NCBI GenBank assembly: GCA_904063045.1
Contig: CAJFCJ010000009.1
Location: 1,175,842 to 1,239,841, forward strand
Direction of reading: 5' to 3'
Length of the DNA stretch: 64,000 nucleotides
Origin: Dimorphilus gyrociliatus
Taxonomy: Eukaryota; Animalia; Annelida
The position numbers and the translations under genes are program-made. The notes under the pieces were generated by a model. It made no database searches, was not told the DNA's origin, and was given only the letters and a program-made list of their open reading frames with translations. Of this stretch, positions 11,644-25,739 are shown piece after piece (the stretch's first letter is position 1; each line of letters opens with the position of its first letter).

Positions 11644-13428
11644 ATGTCCACTGATGATCAAAATGGGGTTTATGGGGATGAAAAAGGGTAAGACGGATTA
11701 AATCTAATCGGAATTATTTTAAGGTATGATTTAATCATATAGGAAGCTTTTCATTGGCGGATTAAGTTGGGAAACTTCGACAGAAAATTTAGAATCATAT
11801 TTTTCAAATTACGGAAAGCTCATCGACTGCGTTGTCATGAAAAGTTCTTCAACAGGTAGATCTAGAGGATTTGGATTCGTAAAGTATGAAAAAATTACTG
11901 ACGCCGAACGTGTGGTTAACGAAGGTCCGCATCGAATAGATGAAAGGGATGTTGATGTTAAATTATGTAATCCCCGTCATCTTAATAAGGGAAGTAAGGC
12001 TGAAATTCAAAAGAATAGAAAAATATTTGTTGGAGGATTACCAGTTAGTTGTACTGAATCAAAGCTAAGAGCGATTTTTGAACAATTTGGCCGTGTCGAA
12101 GAAGCTTGTATTATGTATGATCAGCTCAAATCTAAAAGTAGAGGTAAAAAACATCTACACGTATAAATAATAATAATAACTGCTTAAGTCTTACTCAATG
12201 TTTTATAAATAGTTTAAAAAATTCTTTTGTTCTAAAAAAGCTAAAAAAAAAAACTTTTCGTGAAAACTGGTATGTTTAGAGACTTTTGGGCGCCAACTAA
12301 AATTTCAACTGTTTTCTTTTCTTTTTAGCTAGGCTTATTAGTTATTAAATAATCTTAATATATACATATATAAATAAAGTATAAAGTCTAAGATTTAAAA
12401 TAAGATTTAGTATTTCGATTGAGTAAAGCTATTTTTCAGGTTTTGGATTCATTGTTTTTGCTCAGGAAGCTGCTGTCGATCGAGTTTGTAGTCTTCATTA
12501 CATCACTCTAGATGGAAAGCAGGTGTGGTTAAGATCTTTCAAACTTTTCTCTTTATAACTTCTCTTTTTTCCCATGTTTTAAATAAAAGTAAACTAAGTA
12601 GACGAAAACTGTTTTGATAAAGTCTAGATCAATTGTACTTAGATGATTAAGGATAAATTATAAGTTAAAAATCTTTATATGAAATGACAAACCATTGAAA
12701 TATAATAAATTATTTAATACTATATTTATTTCGTGTACCATATTCAATCGTACATTGTTTTACATTCAATTAATTATTCCATCTTAAAGGTTGAATGTAA
12801 GAGAGCTCAACCAAGAGAGGAGATTGAGAAAGAGACGAAGAAGGAATCATTTGAAGGTCAATTTGAAGAAGATGTATTCAAAGCGGCAGCTGCTGTTGCA
12901 ACTGCTGTAGCTACTGGAAAAATTTCAAATACTCAAGATTATATTGAATCATTTTCACAACAAATTGAAAGTACGGCCTGCCACCAACCAGTATATCAAG
13001 CAGTCTTTCCCATTCCAACTCCACGGCAGTATCTACCAGTTTTACCACCTCTTCGACCAGAGATTGATAGAAATATTGTACAAGCGCAACTATCCGCTCT
13101 CCAACAATTAGCATCTTCAGATTCAAAGACTGGAGAGGATAGAAAGATATTAGAGAAAACTTTGATGCCTGTTTCAAGAAAGAGTGATTGCAAAAATTAC
13201 AACATTCAAACAGCAGCTCAGGCAGCAATTCAAATGGCTGCTCAAACATCTCCTAAAGTTGCTAATCCAACTCCTTTCATACCACTTAATTCTTATGGAA
13301 GTGAGATAAATCAGGTAAAGGGGTCCTATGGCGCTATACGTCCCTACACCAGGCATATTGTGTTTGCTCCATATCCATATGTTCGCGCAGCCTTCCTACC
13401 TAGTCCAGGAAACTTTCCAAGAACATGA
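11644..13428 (+). CDS. DAZAP1: DAZAP1/Hrb27C-like two-RRM hnRNP protein
   Basis: MSTDDQNGVYGDEKG|KLFIGGLSWETS...GRSRGFGFVKY...DVDVKLCNPR; second RRM KIFVGGLP...RG|FGF..|VECKRAQPR; Pro/Ala/Gln-rich tail. Confidence 0.75.
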
Positions 13429-13823
13429 GACGATAGTATAAGATATATTTATTTTATGTGGCACAGTTTTACCTATTTTTTTACATTTTTCGTTGTATGA
13501 TAGACATTTCCTTTTAGTTAAGTTTTGTTTTTTACAATTTTATTTATTGATAGGTATGCGTGTCGTTTATACTGATTCTAATTAACATATTACAAAGCTG
13601 AAAACTAAATTTCTTACTAATCGGACAATTAGTTCTATAAATAATCATACTAATGGCAAATATAATTGAAGGTGGTGTCAAAGTGATGAGACAATCAAAC
13701 TAAACTTTTATTTCAAATTTTTATTCAAATAAATGCTTCATTTAGTATACAATAGCCTGCTAAAATATCACATATAACATTCGAACGGTATTTTTTAACG
13801 GAGAAATAATAAATAAACTCGAC

Positions 13824-15377
13824 TTAATCATTCGAGTTTTCTGTTAACTTAAGTTTACTCATTGCTAATTTAGGACGAATTGCGCTAAGGGCGATTAAGA
13901 GAGCCTCCTGAATAGAAAAAAGAGTTTTTACTTAAAATTATGCATAAATATTTATATATTTAAACTGATTTGAGAAAAAAATTACCTCAGTTCGTATCGT
14001 CCTTGATCCTTGATAAGGACAAACATTTACATAATATTCAAAAAGTTCTCTAGGATCTCCTACTGTTAACTTTTCGTCAGATTCAAGACTTGCCTCAAGT
14101 CCTTTTAGTCCACCGAAAACGATAAGAGCATGTCTAATTTTGAAAGAGATATTATTAAATTCTTAAGCAAATTGGCTAAAATAAAACAAACTTAAAATTT
14201 TCTTCTGGTTCAAAACGATCAATACTATCTCCTTTATCTGATGTTCCAATTACTAAGTCGTAACCGCCCTTATATGGGGATTTAATAAGAACGGATGAAA
14301 GATTTGGAGCAAGCCTAACTGAATAGCCCCAGTATAAATTACCTAATTCTCTTGGTTCATCAGGAGAAACGACAACACCTGTTTTTATTTTTAAAGATCA
14401 TATGAATAGGCAGGCTATTAGACATTTTGTAATACCTCTTGGCTTCTTATTATCCATCGTTGTTTTATCTAATCGAACAGTTACGCGGAATCCTGGATCT
14501 AGCTGTTTGTCAATTCTTACTAATTTCTCTAATCCGACGTCAACTAGAGAGCCTTTATCTTCTTTAACTTTCATTTTAGTAACTACTCCTTCTCTATAAG
14601 TAGCGTCATCTTCACTTCTATAATGATGAACTGAATCTAAAGGATTTAGAAGACCAGCATATTTTAAATCTTCATGAACAGGAAAGAAATTTTTTCGTAG
14701 ATATTGCGGACATTCAAGATATTGAAGAATTCTTGCTAATTGAATGTTACAGTTGGATGTTTTTGTGCTTTTCCCAATGCCTTCAAAAGTTCCTTCAGTG
14801 GTCAAAGCAGCTTTACCAACTTCATCAAATATTATAATTTCATTTACATTAAATATAGCGGCCGAACGGGCAATCTGACCGGCTAAATAGGTTCTTAATT
14901 CAGGTGATTGAGCATTATCTAGTATAGAACCAGGCAAAGCTATGCTGACTGTATAACAATTCTCTGTTAGGAATAAAATTGAATTTTTATACTTTTATAG
15001 ATAATTCTATTTGTTTATACCTTTTTTTTTTAGTTTACTTTCTTCTTCCAATTTATTTATCTGCTCTGTTTCTTCACGTTTCTTTCTCTTTTCTAAGCGT
15101 TTTATTAGTTTTTCTTCTTTCCATTTCCTTTTACGTTCCTTTGCTAATAAATCATCAAGATTGGTTGTTGTCTGATAGCTATTGAGTTATATTAAGAATT
15201 TACCTTCTTTTCTTATTTTTTTCAAATCAGGTTTCGATTCCTATGAAAAAGTTTGTGCGGTTATATTAAAATATTGCATTATCGCTCATTTATTTTTTAA
15301 ATGTCGTTCAAGAAAATTTTTCTTACAACTATATAAATATTTTTAAACGTATTAAAACTCACATTATTTGACGACAT
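13824..15377 (-). CDS. SPOUT1: SPOUT-family methyltransferase SPOUT1 (C9orf114/CENP-32)
   Basis: First exon MSSNN|GTGAGT at 15377, basic N-terminus, then YTVSIALPGSILDNAQSPELRTYLAGQIAR, LQYLECPQYLRK, GLLNPLDSVHH, and a last exon EALLIALSAIRPKL. Confidence 0.93.
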
Positions 15378-15815
15378 TCTTAAATTATATAATTGGGAAC
15401 TTTAACAATTGAATATATTTAGTTTTTGATAAAGCTATGAAGACAGTCACGTTTTTTTTGAGCGTTTACGCCATCTATGTTTTGTAAGGAAGAAGCACTC
15501 TTGAGCAGTAGGCCTACCAAAAAGATAAATTACATCGACATAAGTACTGTGTGTCTTAAAACAAGATTATAAGCTGATATAGAAACCAAAATCTATAAGC
15601 TTCGATTAATTTTTTTATTTATAATAACGCAGTCAAGTCGTTTATTATCTAACTTAAAATTACAATCACATTCGCCTAAGCGTTAAGTAATATATACAGA
15701 AAGTCATATGCTACGTAAAGACGATTAAATCCAATTGCGACAATTTGTCGACATACAACACCAACTGTTGAAATTTTTCGTTTTTTTTTGTTTGTAAACT
15801 ATCCAAAAGTTCTGC

Positions 15816-18444
15816 CTAAATAGGCTTGTATAAAAGTGTCGTTACGTATTTCTTTCTGTATCGATGGGTTGCGCTTAGAACCATTACTCCATCCTGTTTA
15901 TGTTTGAAAAGAGTTATTTTAAAAGTATGTTATCATTAAATACTTATGTGACAATTGTAATCTAACCTTGATTGATAACGCATAAAGGTGATTTAACATA
16001 ACGTGGTTCGGTTCAGGCAACAGAGTTGGCTCACACTAAAAGATAAATAAACAGCAACGTAAACAATATAATTATTGCATATCAGATTTGAAATATAAAT
16101 ATGTTCTGTATAAATTTATAGCATATATTTGTTACTTACATGTACTGGTATTTCCTTATTTAAGATCACCTGTAGTAGGTGAGGGGGTAGTATCGGAGGT
16201 CCACTATGGGAGAAACCATGGGATGAATGTCGGGGGGGAACTTCCTGAGAATAATCACCAGGAGGCGAGCCGGTAACTGATGTTATTTTTAGAGGAATTA
16301 CAAAATAAACATTAGAAGATATTAAATTTTTATATATAGAAAAAAGAAACAAAAGCCAACAGAAGACAGAGAAATACGAAAAAAAAGTACAAACATAATA
16401 AATATAAAAAATGACTCTCTAAAAGCGGCTTGAAAAAATTATGTGCTTGGATTACGTTTTAATAGGCATATAGAGTAAAAAAAAAACACATTCTAAATAT
16501 TTTAAGCTCATAGCATCGTTCTTTTTAGGTTCTTCCTTTTTTATAAACAAAATATAAATAACAAGATAAAAAGTATAAAATTTCTTATTATGAAAACAAA
16601 AAAGAAGGAACGTGCTAAAAAGACTTTAAATATCTAGGGAAAAAAAACAAAATATATATATATATATATATATTAACAATTTCAGAAGTTTTTTTTTGGT
16701 TTTAGGTAAATATTATTCATTCTCTAAAAACAAAGCAATTAGTAAGTCGGGTACCAGAATATACGGGAAGGTGGTTCTTAGCCTCACTGTGTCGCTCTTT
16801 GCCTTTGGATTGTCGGCCATCTACTTCCAATGCATGGAAGACTTCGAAGTCCGAATGTTTGACATTAATCACGTTATTGTTGGTTCCAAAAGGATTTTTC
16901 GTTTTGTCCTACAAAACGATATAGAAAAAACGTGTGACGTTCCAAAGTTAGAAACACAGTCAGAACTAAAAGTTTGGTAATTTAAAATAAAATGTTTAAA
17001 ACAGTCTGGAACAACAAAATGGAGCTACTACACTTTCAAATATTCTCTTAAGCTCTTACAAAAAACTCAATATGTTGCTTTGACCGAAACTGTCTTTCTT
17101 ATTATTTCTACAGTTATTTAAAAAACTTCGATAATAAAAAAGAAATAGATATTTTTTTTTTTTGGATTTTGAAGAAATTAAAGCAACTTTTAATACTTAA
17201 TTGCAGCTGATACTGTTTCTAATGCTCTATTGTTATTAATATAAAACAGTATATAGTAATATAGCTGCGTTCTTTGGTTTCTCTATAATATCTATTAAGT
17301 TTTTATCCGTAACATTTCACCAAAAAAAAAGAATATAGCGATAATAAAGATTAGTGGAATCATAAGCATTAATTGAACAGCTTCTATCAAGCAACAACTA
17401 TTAATAATCGAATTTATTTGGCGTCCTTCTCTACCTTCATCTTTGCTATAATGCCGGCCTGTCCCTCGGTTCTGACCGGAGTTGACACTGTCCGTTGCCA
17501 AAGCTTCAAATACTTCGAAATCTGAAGCTCGAACTGTCACTATATTGTTTTCTGTACCCAAATCACTTTCTGTTTTTTGCTATATGTGCACAATATATAT
17601 ATCTTTAGCTAGACTATGTTAATTGAAAATAACAAAAGGTTTTCTTTTTTATATTCCCTTTCTGAGTCTTATTAAGGGAAAACCTAAATTTCGGAAATAA
17701 TTGAATTACATTAGTAACCTCTTTGGAATCGCATAGCCATTGTCCGTCAACATAAAACTTGTACTGGTGAGTGCCTTCAGGAAGATCTATAATTGCATAA
17801 AAGTCTCCAGTGCTGTTTGGATAAAAGACATATGTGTCAATATTAGTATTGAAGTAACATTCGATCCATGGCGCTAATCTTGAAACTAATAAATATGATT
17901 TCTTATTACCTCTTGACCATAGATATTTTCTTCTTCCAACTATTAAATGAGCCAGAAATGAATACATTTTTTCCTCCGCCTTCCCATTTAAAGACAGTGG
18001 GCAGTTTTTTCTTGTCAATATTCACTGTTGAGCTCAAAGTGCTAGCTCTTACTCTCCTTTTAGGTTCGAAGTCATTCTCTTCAGCAGTCAGGTTCTGTTA
18101 AATAGTATTATTCAATATTTTTTATTCCTTTTATCGTAATAATTTATATAATTAACATGTTTTCTCTGTCTAAAAGCGAAAAAACCGCAATCGGCTTCCA
18201 TTTTGGACAAGTAAAAAAATCTAACCAAATGACATTGGTCTTACGAGTTCTATTCAAATTTTTTTTTTAATCAAAATTTACGCAAAGTAGTGGAGAAAAA
18301 GACGTAAAAATAACGTACTGAATAAGGAGCGAGGTTAGGATGATTTGCTTCACTGTCTACATCTTTCATCCAGTTTTCATCTTCTCTGATAACGCTGTCG
18401 TCTGTCGATTGAGACAGACTTCTTTTACCGCTGTTATTCCCCAT
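15816..18444 (-). CDS. PRKAB1: AMP-activated protein kinase beta subunit
   Basis: MGN myristoylation start at 18444; CBM48 (LPTVFKWEGGGKNVFISGSFNSW, DLPEGTHQYKFYVDGQW); PPILPPHLLQVILNK; CEPTLLPEPNHVMLNHLYALSIKDGVMVLSATHRYRKKYVTTLLYKPI*. The beta1/beta2 distinction does not apply to an invertebrate single gene. Confidence 0.96.
16652..16673. repeat. (AT)n microsatellite in AMPK-beta intron
   Basis: About 11 AT units directly visible. Confidence 0.85.
16788..16908 (-). other. AMPK-beta alternative exon 4B (tandem duplicate of exon 4A)
   Basis: TTTTGTAG acceptor, then DKTKNPFGTNNNVINVKHSDFEVFHALEVDGRQSKGKERH, then a phase-1 donor A|GTGAGG. A second phase-1 donor G|GTACCC lies at 16755. Confidence 0.8.
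17435..17579 (-). other. AMPK-beta alternative exon 4A
   Basis: Acceptor CATATAG, then QKTESDLGTENNIVTVRASDFEVFEALATDSVNSGQNRGTGRHYSKDE, then a phase-1 donor G|GTAGAG. Confidence 0.8.
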
Positions 18445-18733
18445 AGTTTCTGAAAAAACTTTATTTTAAACTTACACCAAAAATGTCTCGTCCGACGAGC
18501 AGCGAGTTGGAGGGCGACTGTTCGTTATTTACGATAACACTATATTATCTCAAGTGTACGATATTAAATTAACTATATACCAATTCTATTATATTTAAAT
18601 GCTTAGTTGCATATTGTATAAGTTGTAAAATGTATTCGACATGGGCAGGGAGAGACAAAAAAGTTTGTACTTACACTGATGTAAACAAGTATGGCCACCC
18701 GTCGTCTGCAGGGAGCAAAAACTGGTATAAGCA

Positions 18734-18780
18734 CACGTGATTTCAAAAGTGTTTTACGCAAATTGTAGTGGACACGTGAC
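18734..18780. promoter_or_regulatory. Two CACGTG E-boxes in the PRKAB/MTHFD1 bidirectional promoter
   Basis: CACGTG at 18734-18739 and CACGTGAC at 18773-18780, between the divergent ATGs at 18444 and 18851. Confidence 0.5.
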
Positions 18781-18850
18781 CTTTGGCGCTTCCAGACTTT
18801 GAGTACTTGGATGTAGAATATTTCTTCAATCAGAGGTATACAATAAGGAA

Positions 18851-21800
18851 ATGGCATCTATTTTGGATGGAAAAGTTATTTCGGCGTGAGTTTACATTCT
18901 TCCCTTGTATAGTATATATGCAATATAACGAATTTATAACTTCCTATTCAATTGGATCAAAATATTGAATTGTCTTACTCCTTTAAGCCATTTGTCCTGC
19001 TAACCTAATTCTGATAAATTTATTCCAGTGAGATCCGTAAGGATATTACCCAGATAATAGAAACACATCGAAAAGATGTTCCTAACTTTACACCAGGATT
19101 GGCTATTGTACAGGTAATAAATAATAATAATGATAAATTATTCTAAAAATATTAATTCTACAATATGTTATATAAGGTCGGCAATAGAGAAGATTCTAAT
19201 GTATACATTCGAATGAAGGAGAGAGCTGCAAAAGAATGTAATATTGAATTTAACCTGATAAAATTAGACCGAACGATAACGGAACAGCAAGTTAATAAAA
19301 ATATTTTAAAAAATATTGCATGTTTTATTCATATAATCGTTAAGATGTTTTGTACTTAAAACAGCTTGAAAACGTAATTAGTACCCTAAATAATGACGAA
19401 AAAATCAACGGAATAATTGTTCAAGTAAGAAGTTTGTTTATCTTTCTGTTTTGATATCAACGTCATCATCTTATACATGTATATATAACAGTTACCTTTG
19501 GATTGTGAACACGAGATAAATAGCGAGTTTATTTTGAATAGAATCGACCCTCGGAAGGATGTTGATGGCCTTCATACATTAAATGCTGGTAAACTTGCTA
19601 GAGGCGATATTGAAAACTGTGTTGTCCCATGTACACCTAGGGGTTCCTTGGAACTTATATTAAAAACTGGAATAGAGTTAAAAGGGAAAAAAGCAGTTGT
19701 TTTAGGCAGAAGTAGAATTGTTGGTGGTCCTATGTCAGCTCTTCTCACTTGGAATCATTGTACGGTTACAACATGTCATTCGAGAACACAAAATCTAGAG
19801 GAATGCGTTAAAGATGCTGATATTCTTGTTGTAGCCATTGGTAGGCCTGAAATGGTAAAAGGAGAATGGGTCAAAGAAGGTTCAATTGTTATTGACTGCG
19901 GCATTAATTCAATCCCAGGTTATTTGTACTAAAAGAACTTAAACAATGAGTTAACTTTTCTGATTATGCTATCAGATTCTACAAAGAAATCAGGTCAGAG
20001 ATTAGTTGGCGATGTCGAATTTCAAGCGGCAAGCAAAAGAGCTGCCTGGATAACACCTGTTCCTGGAGGGGTTGGCCCAATGACTGTCGCAATGCTTTTA
20101 AAAAATACACTTGATGCTGCTCTTAGAAACTTTCACGAGTCTAAGCAACTATCCAATTGGAATTTGAGAATTCTTCCATTGACACTAAAAGATCCTGTTC
20201 CATCAGACATTGCAATTGCTCAAGCTCAAACTCCTAAAGACATCGCAACGTTAGCTTCGGAGATCAACTTGAAATCGTCTGAGGTTGATTTATATGGAAA
20301 GAAAAAAGCCAAGGTTTCCGTTAAGGTCCTAAATCGGTTAAAGGATTGCGATAGTGGAAAATATGTTGTAGTTTGCGGGTAAATTTAATCCTTATATAAA
20401 TCTATATGAAGTGCCTAATAAATCTCCTTCAGAATAACGCCAACACCGTTGGGTGAAGGTAAAAGTACAACCACAATTGGTCTTGCTCAAGCTTTAGGAG
20501 CTCATAGTAAAAAGAATGTTTTTGCCTGCGTTCGACAACCATCGCAAGGACCTACATTTGGTATTAAAGGTGGAGCAGCTGGTGGTGGTTATTCGCAAGT
20601 TATTCCCATGGAAGAATTTAATTTACACTTAACTGGTGATATTCATGCAATAACTGCAGCAAATAACCTTCTGGCTGCCGCAATTGATGCTAGAATTTTT
20701 CACGAAGCCACTCAAACTAATGAACAGCTCTTTAAAAGACTTGTACCTGAAAAGAAAGGCGCTCGAAAATTTTCCGATATCCAACTAAAACGGTTAAAGG
20801 TGGATAAAATTTTTTCAATTAAATATTTCCCCTATATTTTTAATGATATTAATATAAACCACATTTTAAAATTTCTATTATTAGAAACTTGGGATTGAAA
20901 AAACTGATGGTAATGATTTAACATCGGAAGAGATAGCACGATTTGTAAGATTAGATATCGATATTGAGACAATTACATGGCAGAGAGGTTTGTTTTGTCT
21001 TTCATAAATAGAGGCTTAAATTTCATTATTGCCAGCGATAATGTTTTACATTTTTCTCAACAGTTATCGATACAAATGACAGATTTCTTAGAAAAATTAC
21101 TGTTGGACAATCAGATACTGAGAAGGGGAAGACAAGAACTTGTCAGTTTGATATCACTGTTGCGAGTGAAATAATGGCTGTACTTGCTTTGAGTACAAGT
21201 TTAGCTGATATGAGAGAAAGGCTTGGACGCATGGTTATAGCCAGTAATACGGCCGGTGAACCAATTACTGCCGAGGATCTAGTTAGTTAAGATAATTCTT
21301 TTAATATAGGATATTTTAGAAATAATTATTTTAAAAACAGGGAGTGAGCGGTGCATTAGCTGTTTTAATGAAGGACGCAATCAATCCAAATCTAATGCAA
21401 ACTTTAGAAGGTACTCCAGTCTTTGTTCATGCTGGTCCATTTGCTAATATTGCTCATGGAAATTCATCAATTCTTGCTGATCAAATTGCTCTGAAAATTG
21501 TTGGCAAAGATGGATTTGTTGGTATGTTCTTTTTGTTTTTCATTAATAAAAGTAGAAATTGTATTTTTTAAACGACCCTTTCAAATAGTAACTGAGAGTG
21601 GATTCGGAGCCGATATTGGAATGGAAAAATTTATGAATATTAAATGCAGATACTCTGGCTTAAAACCAAACGCAGCTGTACTTGTAGCGACTGTCAGAGC
21701 GTTGAAAATGCACGGTGGAGGTCCCACTGTTGTACCAGGAGTACCATTACCAAATGAATATACAGCTGAAGTATTTAATGTTTTAAACACTTTCATTCTC

Positions 21801-22716
21801 AAATATCTTATATACTGAATCTTGTGCAGAATATAGATTTAGTAACCAAAGGTTTCTCAAATTTGAGGAAACAAATCGAAAATGTTTCATTTTTTGGCGT
21901 CCCAGTAGTCGTTGCAATTAATTCCTTCTCGTAAGTATTTCAATACTGCTCCGTAAGGAAAAAAAACACTTTTATGTTTCATTTATAGCACCGATACTGA
22001 AAACGAATTAGAAACTGTTCAACGATTATGTAAAGAAGCAGGAGCATTTGACGCCGTAATTTGCCATCATTGGAGTAAAGGAGGAGCTGGTGCGGTCGGT
22101 TTAGCAGATGCGGTTGATAGAGCATGTTCATCTCCGTCAAATTTTGAATTTCTCTACGATTTAAATGTATAACTTATTTTTTGAATGTTTTCATTTTATT
22201 GACATCAAATTTGTCTTTCTGTTTGTTCAAACAGCTGCCTTTAGAGGACAAAATTGGGATTATTGCTAAGAAAATATACGGAGCAGATGGGGTTACATTT
22301 AGTGAAATGGCAACTGAACGTTTAAACAGATACAAGAAGCAGGTAACTCGGCACACTTTAGTCTTATATTTGTGTTTACAATATTTCAAAACAGGGTTTT
22401 AATAATCTACCGATTTGCATGGCCAAAACTCATTTATCCCTTTCCGATAACCCACAATTAAAAGGATCACCAAAAGGTTTTACACTTCCAATATCAGATG
22501 TTAGAGCAAGTGTTGGAGCTGGTTTTATATATCCATTAGTAGGAAAGGTAAGATCTCTCCTTATTCTCTCAAAGAAAACATACTTCTTTAAGATTATTTC
22601 ATATCTTGATATTTTGCTTTTATCAGATGAGTACTATGCCTGGACTACCAACAAGACCTTGTTTCTATGACATCGACATTGACTTGGAAACGGAAGACAT
22701 TAAAGGACTATTTTGA
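18851..22716 (+). CDS. MTHFD1: C-1-tetrahydrofolate synthase, cytoplasmic (trifunctional), multi-exon
   Basis: [12 protein letters not shown] start; DH/CH domain ([27 protein letters not shown]); FTHFS domain ([41 protein letters not shown]...GLF*). Confidence 0.97.
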
Positions 22717-22954
22717 ATATAGTAATTAAATAATTATTTCAAAAATAGCAATTTCTTCAGATTTTATGTGTATATAGTATGTAGACATATACATACTGTA
22801 TATCTATAGCATTGTATATGCAAAATACATTTGATATAATGTAAGAGTACATATAACATATATTTACATAAATTGCATATAAATATATATCTATGTATAC
22901 ACTTGTATAATTACATACTAAGATACGTGTGCCAGTTGTTCATGTTTGTCACAT

Positions 22955-24239
22955 CTAGTCATCAACAGATATATTCTGGAATAGATGGGACATGCTCTCT
23001 TGGTTGTGCATTCTTCGTATTGCCTCAGAAAGTAGTACAGATATATCAACAGTCTTGATCTTGTGGCACTGCATCTTTTGCATTTCGTGCGGAACGGTAT
23101 TTGTGACAACCACCTAATGGAAAAGTTGAGAAAATACATTTAGAATGAATAAAAACTATCGTAATTCTTACTTCATCGATAGGTGAATTTTCAATCAAAC
23201 GTGGTGCATCAGCTGACAAAAGACCATGAGTAGCCATCACGTAAATTTTATAAGCTCCTCTCTCTCTTAATAATTCGGCTGCAGCTACAAATACTTGAAC
23301 GTCGTCAATCATATCATCTACTAGAATAGCAATTCGACCTCCAACATCACCAACAACACTTATGGGAGGTTTTTCTTTTGCTTGTAACTTTGGCAAAAAT
23401 TCCATGTTGAAATTAGATATTCTCCTTTGTTCGACCTCTGGTAAAGGAGGTGAATTTCGACCATCATCTTTTTCCGATTCTGGAGATTTTTCTTCTCCAT
23501 GTATAACAGCGATAGTTAATCGAAGTCGTTCAGCGTATGAGGTAGCTCTCTTTACAGCACCAGGATTACGTGCTACAATGACAGCATTTCTGTAATCTGA
23601 AATGGATTCCCGAATATACTGAATGAGAAAAGGTGATGCTCTCAGATTGTCAACTGGGCAATCAAAAAATCCTTGAATTTCTTTTTGGTGCAGATCCATT
23701 GTAATAATCTGATTAAAGCCGGCACGGCTGATCAGAGATGCAACTAGTTTAGATACTATACAGCCGCGTTTTCTCATCTTTGACTGTTTGCAATATGGTA
23801 AATAGGGAATGACACCAACAATATTTCTAGCTGATGACGTTTTACACGCGTATGCCATTATTAACATTTCCATTATATCATTGTTAACATCTCTGAAAAA
23901 CAGATATTTTTCTAAGATACACAACAAGTACTGTACTTTGGTGTATTTTAATACTTTGTAGTGCCAGTTTGAATGATAAAAATGTCCTTGCCACGTACTG
24001 ATTCGCTTATTTCCAAAGCCGTTTCTCTATTTGACTTGTGGAATACGGTTGCTTGGCACAGTCTAGTACCTAGTTTCCTATCAAAATTAAAGAAAATACG
24101 TTGTACGTTATTAACATGTTTCAGGTTACTTATTATGTCGAAGCCCTTACTTTGCAATCTCAGCAGCCAGCTCCCTGTGAGAATTCCCTGCCATTAACAT
24201 CATTGGAGGCCTTGCCGATCTATTAGGAAGGTGAGCCAT
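22955..24239 (-). CDS. PRPSAP2: Phosphoribosyl pyrophosphate synthase-associated protein (non-catalytic PRPS paralog)
   Basis: [72 protein letters not shown] insert and [20 protein letters not shown] are PRPSAP-specific. PRPSAP1 versus 2 cannot be resolved. Confidence 0.9.
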
Positions 24240-24339
24240 TTTTTTCAAATTGGTTTGTTCCTTACAAAAACAGTCGTTCTGCAATTGTCAGAGATCCCAT
24301 GTCAGAAATACGCACAGGAAACTATACTGATTGACCCTA

Positions 24340-24353
24340 TCGCCATCTAGCGG
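24340..24353 (-). promoter_or_regulatory. CTCF-like motif in the PRPSAP/PECR divergent promoter
   Basis: TCGCCATCTAGCGG = reverse complement CCGCTAGATGGCGA, a close match to the CTCF consensus CCASYAGRKGGCRS. Confidence 0.55.
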
Positions 24354-24454
24354 GTAGAGCATACATAAGCCTTATACATATAATTAGTTTTTGTTAGATT
24401 TTTAGAGGATACAGAGGGCAATAGTCTACAACCATAATAACATAGACAGATACA

Positions 24455-25739
<1,285 letters not shown>

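Noticed and set aside
12911-13356. Overlapping minus-strand ORFs within the DAZAP1-like last exon
   Set aside because: Antisense to a clear coding exon with no independent signals.
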